From positions 700 to 64,699 of the forward strand of contig JAGWGI010000002.1 in assembly GCA_028867435.1 (NCBI GenBank): a stretch of DNA of 64,000 nucleotides, written 5' to 3'. Source of the DNA: Candidatus Micrarchaeota archaeon. Lineage in GTDB: Archaea; Micrarchaeota; Micrarchaeia; Micrarchaeales; CABMGC01. Both the position numbers and the translations under genes were made by a program. Shown here in pieces: positions 23,824-32,132 of this stretch (its first letter is position 1; every line of letters starts with the position of its first letter). The notes beneath the pieces were generated by a model, which was given only the letters and a program-made list of their open reading frames with translations, was not told the origin of the DNA and searched no databases.

Positions 23824-25254
23824 TCAGGTAACGCAGGTGTAGTTCTTCGGCAGTTCTACTGAGAAGTGCGAATAGTTGTAGGACTTGGTTATGTTTTTGG
23901 TGTTTAGCGCAGAAGCAGGCACTCCGATATTTCCAAATATCAGTATTGGATATCTCTGCACAGTGGCGTTGTAATAGTATGGCCAATGTGCATCTACACC
24001 TTGAAACCTCAGATACACCCATGCGTTTGATACTATGCTGCAGTTTGCAAGGCCCATCTGCTCTAATGCCGCAACAGAATTTGATACGGTCTGGTTTGTG
24101 GATCCGTAGCCATTGAAGATGTAGTTTGAATGCACGCTAGAATAAAGGTAGAGCAGCATAAAAAGCGAGGCAAGGGACACCACAGAATATGCAATGGTAG
24201 TCACAAGTTTTTTGCTGCGCCTGCCAACAAGCTCCAGAAGCCTGCTTATCCCAAATGCGATTGCAATGGCAACCCCTAGGTAAAGAAGGTAGCCGTGGCG
24301 CGGTAGATTGTCAAGGTTGCTGTGCAAAGAAACTATCAAAAAGCCTGCGGCTCCAAGCACAAGCAGCGGCGCCACGATTTTCCTCCAGTTACCTGCCTGC
24401 GCCATTTTCTGGCGCCAAAGCTTGTTGGAAGTATTGCCCTTGAGATATAGATATACAATCAAAGCTGCCATAACCAAGAATGCTGGGAGCAGACCCATGA
24501 GCACGATGATGAGCGACTGGGAAACTACATTAGCAGGAAAGAGCACAGCGTTTCCGGTGCCGAATACTGCGAAAGATGAGGTGTATCCGTAAAATGGATT
24601 CGAGAAGGCATACAGATTGAAGAGCAGCCAAGGTGCTGTGGTTATGATGAATGCGACAATCGCTTTGTTTCTCTGCCCTCCCTCCAAGCTGAAAAGCAAG
24701 GGAAGGAATATGAGTGAGGGATATTTGGCAAGTCCTGCAAGGGCCATAAGTATCCCAGCCTGCCATTTGCCCCTGGCAAGCATGGCGAATGTGAACATCA
24801 ACAGAGCCGTAGTCAATATCTCGGACCCATTAAGAAGCGTCAGGAATGCGAGCGAGTATGGCGTCAGAAAAAGGATTAGCAGTATGCCGAAGTCGATCTT
24901 GAGCCCCCTTGATAAGTAGAAAGCTGAACAGAGCAGGAGAAGCATCTCGATTAGTATGTAGGCGAGTGCAAAGTGCGAACCGAGCACAAGCAGGAGCGGA
25001 ACAAGCAGGAGGGGCATGAGGGGCGCCCTGAAGTATTCGTAGTAGAAGGAGTTCTGGTAGTTTATCGACTGCATCAGGCTTCCCGAGTGCAGTGCCACAT
25101 AGAACGCTGGAGAGACTAGTGACTTGGCGAAAAGGGTGTAGGCAATGAAGTCCCAGTAGATCCCCCCTGCGAAATAGTTCTGGAGCAGCGCGAAGACACC
25201 GAAGGCGAAAATGGCAAGGGAAGCCGCGATCCAGTAACTTGCTCTGCGATTCAT
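23824..25254 (-). CDS. Polytopic membrane protein, possibly a GT-C-fold (ArnT/PMT-like) glycosyltransferase
   Basis: 476 aa with at least 10 hydrophobic helices and a C-terminal extracytoplasmic, sequon-rich domain. The assignment rests on architecture only, with no catalytic motif verified. Confidence 0.35.
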   Translation of the reverse strand: MNRRASYWIAASLAIFAFGVFALLQNYFAGGIYWDFIAYTLFAKSLVSPAFYVALHSGSLMQSINYQNSFYYEYFRAPLMPLLLVPLLLVLGSHFALAYILIEMLLLLCSAFYLSRGLKIDFGILLILFLTPYSLAFLTLLNGSEILTTALLMFTFAMLARGKWQAGILMALAGLAKYPSLIFLPLLFSLEGGQRNKAIVAFIITTAPWLLFNLYAFSNPFYGYTSSFAVFGTGNAVLFPANVVSQSLIIVLMGLLPAFLVMAALIVYLYLKGNTSNKLWRQKMAQAGNWRKIVAPLLVLGAAGFLIVSLHSNLDNLPRHGYLLYLGVAIAIAFGISRLLELVGRRSKKLVTTIAYSVVSLASLFMLLYLYSSVHSNYIFNGYGSTNQTVSNSVAALEQMGLANCSIVSNAWVYLRFQGVDAHWPYYYNATVQRYPILIFGNIGVPASALNTKNITKSYNYSHFSVELPKNYTCVT

Positions 25255-25351
25255 TCCTTCCCCTTGTTGATTACATGAAAGATTGACCCAAAGCGACGCA
25301 GATTTTTTCTTTATATTCCAGAAAACATGGGATATCGGGTCCCTCCAAAAC

Positions 25352-25852
25352 TCACTTCACAAACCTGACATAAATCCTGCGGTACTGAAATAGCACTGAG
25401 ACACCTAGAATCGCAATTAGCACCAGATATATGTATAGGAGGGGGGAAGCGACGCCGCTTCGAATGCTGGAACCTATACTGATTGTCAAAACCACGCTTA
25501 ATATCCCTAAGAAGGCGACCACCAATGAATGCACGGTGAATATCAGGCTAAAGGCAATGCTCTGATTGTTTGTGCCTTTTCCTTTTTGCTCTTTTATGCG
25601 GTAGAACAATGAGGGAAGATTCATAAGATACGGATATTTCTCAAATAACGTATACCTGTATCTGATTACCAAAAGGAGCAACGCTAAAACGCATGTAAAT
25701 ATTAAAGGCACTACAAATAGCGTGACCTTGCCTATGATTCCGAAATAATGCACTCCTGCAACCCAAGCGAAAAGGACAAGCAGCAATCCAATGGCGATAA
25801 GTATCTTGGCTGCGCCCTCAAGCCCGTATCTCTTAAGCATTCTAGTGGCCAT
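25352..25852 (-). CDS. Integral membrane protein (4 TM helices), function unknown
   Basis: 166 aa with four long hydrophobic segments. A TATA-like 'CATAAATAG' lies about 25 nt upstream of the ATG, consistent with a leaderless mRNA. Confidence 0.5.
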   Translation of the reverse strand: MATRMLKRYGLEGAAKILIAIGLLLVLFAWVAGVHYFGIIGKVTLFVVPLIFTCVLALLLLVIRYRYTLFEKYPYLMNLPSLFYRIKEQKGKGTNNQSIAFSLIFTVHSLVVAFLGILSVVLTISIGSSIRSGVASPLLYIYLVLIAILGVSVLFQYRRIYVRFVK

Positions 25853-25918
25853 ACGTGTGCTGAGCAGCCAAACTATTTATGCCTTTACTTGATGAAGGGG
25901 ATTTGAATGAAAAATCAT

Positions 25919-25992
25919 AGCCCCGAAAGGGATTTGAACCCTCGACTTCTTGTTTACGAAACAAGCACTCTACCAGGCTGAGTTATCGGGGC
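25919..25992 (-). tRNA. tRNA-Thr (anticodon CGU)
   Basis: The minus strand folds by hand into a cloverleaf of 74 nt. Acceptor stem GCCCCGA/TCGGGGC. D arm ACTC-AGCCTGGTA-GAGT. Anticodon arm CTTGT-TTCGTAA-ACAAG. Variable loop AAGTC. T arm GAGGG-TTCAAAT-CCCTT. Discriminator U. No intron and no encoded CCA. Confidence 0.9.
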
Positions 25993-26007
25993 GTGGCTCA
26001 CACTTAA

Positions 26008-26038
26008 GTATAAATAGATACAGCAAGAAGTATAAAAG
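26008..26038. promoter_or_regulatory. Two TATA-like elements in the 68-bp divergent spacer between tRNA-Thr and the beta-helix surface protein gene
   Basis: GTATAAATAG (26008-26017) and AGTATAAAAG (26029-26038). The second element is centred about 26 nt before ATG 26061, which fits a leaderless mRNA. Read on the minus strand, it lies about 40 nt before the tRNA 5' end. Which box serves which gene is ambiguous. Confidence 0.35.
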
Positions 26039-26060
26039 AACTACCCTGGTGAATGAAAGA

Positions 26061-29000
26061 ATGTACGGCGGAAGCGGAACTCCAAATGATCAGAACCAGC
26101 CTGGTCCGCAACCAAATCAGAGTAATCCCCAGCAGCCGCAACCCCAGCCCCAGAATCCCCAACCAGCCCAGAACGCTCAAGCAGCACAGACCCAGCAGCA
26201 GTCGCAGAAAAAGCAGCAGTCTGCAATAGGCCAGCTCAAAAGCAAGGAGATGATGGGCATGCTTCCCCTGTTGGTTGTGGGTATTGTAATTTTTGTTATA
26301 ATTATAGCGGCCGTGGCATTCGTGCTTACAGGCAAGGGAAATGGCAATCACACGACAACAATAAACCAGGTAACTAGCATACCCGCCACTACAACTGCTA
26401 CGCAGACAACAAAGCTGATAACCGGATGCACCCAGATAACCTCGCCAGGCACATACTATCTTAACAAGAAGCTAAACGTCACCCTTGGCAGCGGGCCGTG
26501 CATCAACATAAAGAGCAGCAACGTGGAGCTCATTGGCGATCAGAACAGGCTTGTGGGCAGCGGGCCTTACTCCATAGAGCCGCCATATACGTACGGGATA
26601 TACATAGCAAACGTCAGCAACGTAAGCGTGAACGGGGTCTCTGTGTCTGCTTTCTCTTATGGGATATACCTAAAAGATGCCAAAGGCGTCAACCTTGCGC
26701 TAAACAACGTCAGCTCTGTGGCAATGAGCAGCATCTATCTAAATGGATCAAGCCAGAATGTGGTTGTCAACAACACCATAAGCAGGGCTGCTGGACCGCA
26801 AGGAGGCATTGCCGTAGTGGGGGGAGGCTCGAACAAGGTTGACTATAACGTGTTCAACAACAATGCCGAGTACGGCATAACGATAAACTCCACGGGCAAC
26901 CATTTTGACAACGACGTGTTCAACAACAACCCTGTCGACCTCTACTGCAGCCTGAGCGCTGGGAGAACTGTGGATAATGCGTTCTTGGGATCCTCTTGTA
27001 TAACAAACCACTACTGCAACTTTGCGCAGTGCTACTCGGTAAACCTTCCAACAAACATACAATCTGTCGTCCTAGGTTCAACTGTCCAAAGCTGCGGGGG
27101 GATCTACACTCCTGGGGTTTACACCCTTGACGCAAACCTTGACATGGGCGGCTACCTCAACACCTCAAATCCACTCGCAGCGCAGCAAGCATGCGTAACA
27201 ATACTCACCTCCAGCGTCACGCTCAACTGCAGGGGCCACACGATAAGCAACGGAGGATATGGGGTTGATGCTTCAAATCAGTTCAACACCACCATAGAGA
27301 ATTGCATTTTCCTAAATGACACAACCGCGGCTGTAGCCGCAGTTGCCAACTTGAACATAAAGGTGATCAACAACACTGCCCTCGGAGGGAAGTACGGATT
27401 CCTTTTCACCAACCAGACCGCAGGAGAGGTCTTAAATACCACGGCAGCACGCAACACCTACGGGTTCTACCTTGATAACATTGGCGCAATCTCGTTCTCT
27501 GGATTCAACTCAAGCCTCAATGGCTATGGCATCTACCTAAATAGAACAAACAGCTCCACATTCCAGGCCGGAAAGCTCGCAGGCAATGCGAAGACCGACC
27601 TCTACTGCAGTGCAAACACGTACAACAGGACCCAGTTCCAGTTCTCAGGGGTCTCGTGCGGAACTACGGACTGCAATTGGGGAAACAGCTGCAAGACAAA
27701 GCAGAAGCCCCCAATATCTATTACCCCGATAAATAGCTGCTATAACTTCACTGCCTCTGGCGTATACTCATTGCAGGGCTATGTTATAGGAGGCGACAAG
27801 TGCATGCACATCTACGTGTCAGGCGTGACGCTAAATTGCAATAACAACGTAATAACAGGTTCCCTAACCGGGGTGGCTGTGTATTTGGCAAACGGGGTGA
27901 GCAATGTAACTGTCAACGGCTGCAAGATAGGCAGGTACCGGTATGGGATAATCTCAAACCACTCTAGCGACATAACGCTGGTCAACAACAATGTCACAGG
28001 ACCTGTTGTGGGGGTGGAGCTGCACGATGTCCAGCTTTCCAAGGTCTCATCAAACAGGGTTATAAACTCCAACGGAAACGGGGCCTTCCTCTTCCAGAAC
28101 GTCACCAACTCCACGATAAGCGACAACAACGCGTTTGACGGGATAGGCGGCTCAAGCGGCTATGTGATGAATGGCTCGACAGATGACATTGTGTCTTTCA
28201 ACAACGCCAAGGAGAACGCGGGATATGGCTTCTGGCTGAACGCTTCTTCTTACAACACGGTGTTCAACAACTCGGCGTTCAACAACGCCCTAGACTACGG
28301 CTGTGGAAGCTCGAACTCTGGCCTGTACTCGGAAAACGGCGGGATAAATCAGGGCAGTACAAAGCAGAACTGCAAGTGGCTCATAGTGCTAAACCCAGTC
28401 AAGGCGCCGCAATCGTGCCTTGCGCTCACCGCAAGTCAGGACATTTCACTTGACAGCGACATGATATACGCCTACGGCGGCACCTGCTTTAGCATCTATG
28501 GAACCCCAAGGAGCAATGCAAACAACAGCATAATAAACTGCAACTATCACACAGTTGCTGCCACTAAAGGTGGCACATTTGTAAATATAATAAACTCCTC
28601 AAACGTGGAGGTGGAGAACTGCTATATAAAGAACTTCACCAACGGAGTGCTCACTAGGGGCAACTATGCGCTGATTCAAAATAACACCTTCGCAACCGTA
28701 GCAAACACTGCGATTGGGATATACGGTTCTAGGTATCCAAGAGCTGTGAACAACATAGTGCTCAACTCCTCATTTGGCATGGCACTGAACAGGGACATAT
28801 ACGCGAACTTCAGCTTCAATCACATTATAAGCTCAAACAACTCCATGGAGTTCAACCAGGGCAGTGTGCTCTTGATATCCAACAACACCGCAAGCGGAGG
28901 CAGTGAGGGGGCAACCCTGGTCAACAACACTATTGACACCCTTCAGAAAAACGCGTTCAACGGCGTGAAATACGGGATAGCGTGCCTGCTTGGGTCGCAG

Positions 29001-29096
29001 CTTTCAACCAGCCTGAACAAGGACAACGGGGGAAATGTGTGCAATATCAACCTTAACTGCACATGGATGGGAGGGGCATCACGCTGCAACACCTGA
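26061..29096 (+). CDS. Large (1011 aa) membrane-anchored surface protein with right-handed parallel beta-helix (PbH1/NosD-like) repeats
   Basis: Trimmed to ATG 26061, because the longer ORF overlaps the tRNA. Q/P/N-rich N-terminal tail, TM helix 'LPLLVVGIVIFVIIIAAVAFVL', then many 20-25-aa repeats ('SNNTIS.N..YGI.L..S..N.V.NN'). By eye there are at least 30 N-x-S/T sequons and many cysteines. Confidence 0.75.
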   Translation: MYGGSGTPNDQNQPGPQPNQSNPQQPQPQPQNPQPAQNAQAAQTQQQSQKKQQSAIGQLKSKEMMGMLPLLVVGIVIFVIIIAAVAFVLTGKGNGNHTTTINQVTSIPATTTATQTTKLITGCTQITSPGTYYLNKKLNVTLGSGPCINIKSSNVELIGDQNRLVGSGPYSIEPPYTYGIYIANVSNVSVNGVSVSAFSYGIYLKDAKGVNLALNNVSSVAMSSIYLNGSSQNVVVNNTISRAAGPQGGIAVVGGGSNKVDYNVFNNNAEYGITINSTGNHFDNDVFNNNPVDLYCSLSAGRTVDNAFLGSSCITNHYCNFAQCYSVNLPTNIQSVVLGSTVQSCGGIYTPGVYTLDANLDMGGYLNTSNPLAAQQACVTILTSSVTLNCRGHTISNGGYGVDASNQFNTTIENCIFLNDTTAAVAAVANLNIKVINNTALGGKYGFLFTNQTAGEVLNTTAARNTYGFYLDNIGAISFSGFNSSLNGYGIYLNRTNSSTFQAGKLAGNAKTDLYCSANTYNRTQFQFSGVSCGTTDCNWGNSCKTKQKPPISITPINSCYNFTASGVYSLQGYVIGGDKCMHIYVSGVTLNCNNNVITGSLTGVAVYLANGVSNVTVNGCKIGRYRYGIISNHSSDITLVNNNVTGPVVGVELHDVQLSKVSSNRVINSNGNGAFLFQNVTNSTISDNNAFDGIGGSSGYVMNGSTDDIVSFNNAKENAGYGFWLNASSYNTVFNNSAFNNALDYGCGSSNSGLYSENGGINQGSTKQNCKWLIVLNPVKAPQSCLALTASQDISLDSDMIYAYGGTCFSIYGTPRSNANNSIINCNYHTVAATKGGTFVNIINSSNVEVENCYIKNFTNGVLTRGNYALIQNNTFATVANTAIGIYGSRYPRAVNNIVLNSSFGMALNRDIYANFSFNHIISSNNSMEFNQGSVLLISNNTASGGSEGATLVNNTIDTLQKNAFNGVKYGIACLLGSQLSTSLNKDNGGNVCNINLNCTWMGGASRCNT

Positions 29097-29142
29097 TCAC
29101 ATCAGCTTTTTAGACCTTAATTGAGCAATTGATAGCGATAGG

Positions 29143-29451
29143 ATGGAGCAGCTAAAGATAAGCGATGTCACAGGCGTACTCAAGAAGTGCATGGACCCTG
29201 AGCTTGGGATAAACATAGTTGATCTGGGCTTAATACACGACATAAAAATAGACAAGCACAACAACATAAAGATCAAGCTTACCATGACCAGCGCCATGTG
29301 TCCGGTCACAAGCGTTATACTGGCCGATGCAGAGCTTCGGCTTGAGGAGCTTGCAGATCATGGGGAGGTGGATCTTGAACTGGAGTGGGAGCCGATGTGG
29401 AACCCCGACATGATAACCCCTGCGATAAAGTTCACGATGATGGGGATGTAG
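29143..29451 (+). CDS. DUF59/MIP18-family Fe-S cluster assembly protein (SufT/PaaD-like)
   Basis: 'VLKKCMDPELGINIVDLGLI' and 'KLTMTSAMCPV' are the family hallmarks. 102 aa. Confidence 0.8.
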   Translation: MEQLKISDVTGVLKKCMDPELGINIVDLGLIHDIKIDKHNNIKIKLTMTSAMCPVTSVILADAELRLEELADHGEVDLELEWEPMWNPDMITPAIKFTMMGM

Positions 29452-29471
29452 CTGCTTTTGCGGCATTGAAA

Positions 29472-30014
29472 TCAGGCACGCCTGCTTTGCATGAAGGGCT
29501 TTGACCTGAAGAGCTGTTCTCGCTTTCCATTGCCATTTATCCTTCCGGAAACCTTGATCAGGTTCTCACCCTTAAGGCTATGTATGAGCCTGCGCACGCT
29601 GGGCTGGGAGATTCCCATGATATCTGAGAGTTCTAAGGCGCTTCTGGGACGATCCCTTGCAAGCTCCAGCACCATAATCGAATTTACAAAGAACGGATTA
29701 TAAGGTTCTAACAGATCGAACTGACGCAGGACTGACCTGAGCTCTCTTGTTATGGAAACTGGCATGCTTAGCCCCTTGCTTGCATGCGCGTTGTTCTTCG
29801 GGCTTATAAGGGTCTGGTAGTTCTCTTCCCTGAGCGCGCGGCGAAGCCTGGATAGTTTATTTGCTATCACCTGTTTAGGATAGCCGGGGTATTTCTCAAT
29901 GAGCATGGCCCTTAACTGGACGTTGCTCTTGGAGAGGAGTTCTAACCTCCCTTCTTGCAGACGCTCAGGAATTACAAACTTCTTATCGTATGCTATAACA
30001 CTGCCCACCATCAA
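29472..30014 (-). CDS. Winged-helix DNA-binding protein, paralogue of the upstream gene
   Basis: C-terminal wHTH 'SALELSDIMGISQPSVRRLIHSLKGENLIKV'. The N-terminal region ('LIEKYPGY...ISPKNN...LRQFDLLE') matches the neighbour's 'AIEKYRDA...SNPNKT...LLSMDLVE'. Confidence 0.5.
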   Translation of the reverse strand: MMVGSVIAYDKKFVIPERLQEGRLELLSKSNVQLRAMLIEKYPGYPKQVIANKLSRLRRALREENYQTLISPKNNAHASKGLSMPVSITRELRSVLRQFDLLEPYNPFFVNSIMVLELARDRPRSALELSDIMGISQPSVRRLIHSLKGENLIKVSGRINGNGKREQLFRSKPFMQSRRA

Positions 30015-30020
30015 ATCAAC

Positions 30021-30956
30021 CTATCCTGGCGCCAGCGCCCTGTCGCGCAGCTCTTTGTGAATCAGATCAAGTGCATATGGCATAGTCTGCTTTAGGTTGG
30101 ATTTGCTAAACCTCATTGCAAAGGATCTTATCCCAGTGGTATTGTAGCTGGGGAGCAGGCAAGAAACAACCATCTGCCCGAGTCTAATCTGCTGATCTAC
30201 GCTTTGGGGCATCATCACCAGCGGGCTGTTGTCCCACCACATCTTGTCTAGATCCAATAGGTCCTGAAGCTTCACTTTTTTGGTGTTGTTGCCAAAGACT
30301 CTATCAAGCATCACCACCTTGCCCTCAGACTCGATTTTCCTGATGTAGATGTACGCAGTCTCAGGCGTGTATCCTAGGTTGCTTGCAATATTGAAAGCGG
30401 TTGTGGGACCTAGCTGCTCAACGGCAGTGAGCACCCGTGACAATGATTCCTGAAGTGGATACCTTTTTGTTATTAACTCCTCGGGAACCCTGGCATCCAT
30501 CTTTGCATCATTTAGACGGTCATTGTATATGCACCGTATTGCATAGGTGTGGCCCTTTGATCTGAGCTCGCAATAAGTTGCAGTGGGATTTCTCTGGAGC
30601 TCGCGCAGCAGCTTGTTTTTGAGCCTTGCCTTCTTCCTCTCGCTAAATGGCTGCAGCCTCGTGTTTGACTTCTCGACTAGATCCATCGATAGCAGGGCTT
30701 CCCTGCAGTATCTGACTACTGAGGTAGTGAGCTCGGCGGCCTTTGACATCTGTTTTTTAGTCTTGTTAGGATTTGACAAAATGGGAAAGTACTTTGGATC
30801 CAGTGCAGCTTTGAGGTAGCTTGCCTGGTTTCTGAGGCGCTTGCGTGTCAGTGGCTCTTTGTGCGTGGCATCTCTGTACTTTTCTATGGCCAGCATGCGC
30901 TCCTGGCCGTCCATCTGCAGCAAATTTGAAGGCTTATACTTGGTAATTAGGCTCAT
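30021..30956 (-). CDS. Multi-HTH/winged-helix protein (311 aa), paralogue of the downstream gene
   Basis: Trimmed to ATG 30956; the longer ORF overlaps the NUDIX gene. wHTH 'LGPTTAFNIASNLGYTPETAYIYIRKIESEGKVV' and a second HTH-like 'NPTATYCELRSKGHT'. Confidence 0.5.
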   Translation of the reverse strand: MSLITKYKPSNLLQMDGQERMLAIEKYRDATHKEPLTRKRLRNQASYLKAALDPKYFPILSNPNKTKKQMSKAAELTTSVVRYCREALLSMDLVEKSNTRLQPFSERKKARLKNKLLRELQRNPTATYCELRSKGHTYAIRCIYNDRLNDAKMDARVPEELITKRYPLQESLSRVLTAVEQLGPTTAFNIASNLGYTPETAYIYIRKIESEGKVVMLDRVFGNNTKKVKLQDLLDLDKMWWDNSPLVMMPQSVDQQIRLGQMVVSCLLPSYNTTGIRSFAMRFSKSNLKQTMPYALDLIHKELRDRALAPG

Positions 30957-31017
30957 CCTTATCAATGGGCATTGTTTGCAGGGATTTAAATTAGTTAGCA
31001 CGGTTTTGTATAAAACC

Positions 31018-31479
31018 CTAGAGGAAGTTAATCGTATGCCCGAGTACCTTGCTGTTTGTGCTATCGAAGTGGAACTGGGCGTTAAACCTTTTGCCCTCAA
31101 GCATCGGCTCTATCCAGTAGTTGTCATCGTCCCACATCCCTGAGTAGGGTATCTCGCTTTTCTTGAACCAGCGCAGCTCTCCTTCCTGTGTGGAGATTGG
31201 GGTGCCAGAGAAATCGCGCGTGGAGAAGACGTGCACTATTATCCCAAGCTCGTCGCTGCCATTCATGTAGAAGTTCATTGTGCCATGATGGAAGAGGTTT
31301 TTTATCTTAAGGCCGCTTTCCTCGTAGACCTCGCGGATTGCCCCCTTTTCGGGAGTCTCTCCCGTCTCCAGCTTTCCCCCGACACCATTCCACTTCCCCA
31401 TACTTATCCCACGGCTCGCCTTTATGAGCAGCAGCTCATCCCCCCTAAGTATGTGACACACTGTTGATTCGACTACCAT
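31018..31479 (-). CDS. NUDIX hydrolase (MutT-like)
   Basis: Nudix box 'GGKLETGETPEKGAIREVYEESGL' (GX5EX7REUXEEXGU). Confidence 0.85.
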   Translation of the reverse strand: MVVESTVCHILRGDELLLIKASRGISMGKWNGVGGKLETGETPEKGAIREVYEESGLKIKNLFHHGTMNFYMNGSDELGIIVHVFSTRDFSGTPISTQEGELRWFKKSEIPYSGMWDDDNYWIEPMLEGKRFNAQFHFDSTNSKVLGHTINFL

Positions 31480-31492
31480 CTAGCTGGACCTT

Positions 31493-32053
31493 TCAGAACA
31501 TCGCATCTTCGTCCGCGCGCTTGTACTTTAGTATCTCGCCATCCTTGAACCAGACCTTTATCTCGCGCTGCGCGCTTGCAGGGCTGTCAGAGGCATGGAC
31601 TATGTTCTTGACTGCGCGCTTTTGGAGGTCTGCAAAGTCATATGAGTCGCTTGCATACTCACCACGAATTGAGCTGGAATCTGCCTTGAACGGCGCAGTC
31701 GCGCCTATGAACTTTGTAACTATCGAGACCGCTTCGTTACCCTCCACGACCATCGCCACAGTGGGGTGGCTGGCAAGGTACTCAAGAAGCATGTTCCTCA
31801 CCCTCATGCCTATTTGCAGGGCGGTCTCCTTTGGCTTTATCCCCTTTGCCTCGTAGGACTTAAGAGACTTGTTGCCTACGCTCTCCATCCACGCCTTGTC
31901 CTCTGCATAATGGGCGCCGGCTAGCTCCTTTGTGGGGCTGAGCATCTTTAAGGCTACAACCTTGAGGCCTGCCCGCTCGAACTTTTCTATAACCTTGCCT
32001 ATGAGCGCGCGCTCAACTCCGTCAGGTTTTATCAAAACTAGGGTCCTTTCCAT
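31493..32053 (-). CDS. ndk: Nucleoside diphosphate kinase (long form with an internal insertion)
   Basis: 'RTLVLIKPDGV', 'IRGEYA' and the catalytic His in 'NIVHASDS'. It is about 35 aa longer than the ~150-aa canonical NDK, owing to the segment 'DKAWMESVGNKSLKSYEAKGIKPKETALQIGMRV'. Confidence 0.85.
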   Translation of the reverse strand: MERTLVLIKPDGVERALIGKVIEKFERAGLKVVALKMLSPTKELAGAHYAEDKAWMESVGNKSLKSYEAKGIKPKETALQIGMRVRNMLLEYLASHPTVAMVVEGNEAVSIVTKFIGATAPFKADSSSIRGEYASDSYDFADLQKRAVKNIVHASDSPASAQREIKVWFKDGEILKYKRADEDAMF

Positions 32054-32132
32054 ATCAATACCAAGAATTTTTATATTTTAGATTGGTATGATAATTTAGG
32101 ATATTTATAGCTTCTTGTCCTGGTGAGCTAAA

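Noticed and set aside
22349-24022. Long ORFs 22349..23200 (+, 283 aa) and 23282..24022 (-, 246 aa) overlapping the thioredoxin-like, ccdA and membrane-protein genes.
   Set aside because: They lie antisense or out of frame to genes with strong motifs (the CxxC redoxin; the CcdA cysteines). Their translations are Cys/Arg/His-rich nonsense with no hydrophobic periodicity.
26090-26230. A CAG/CCA/CAA-rich low-complexity DNA tract that looks like a microsatellite or tandem repeat.
   Set aside because: It is in frame within the beta-helix protein gene and encodes the Q/P/N-rich tail. It has no fixed repeat unit, so it is not an independent repeat element.
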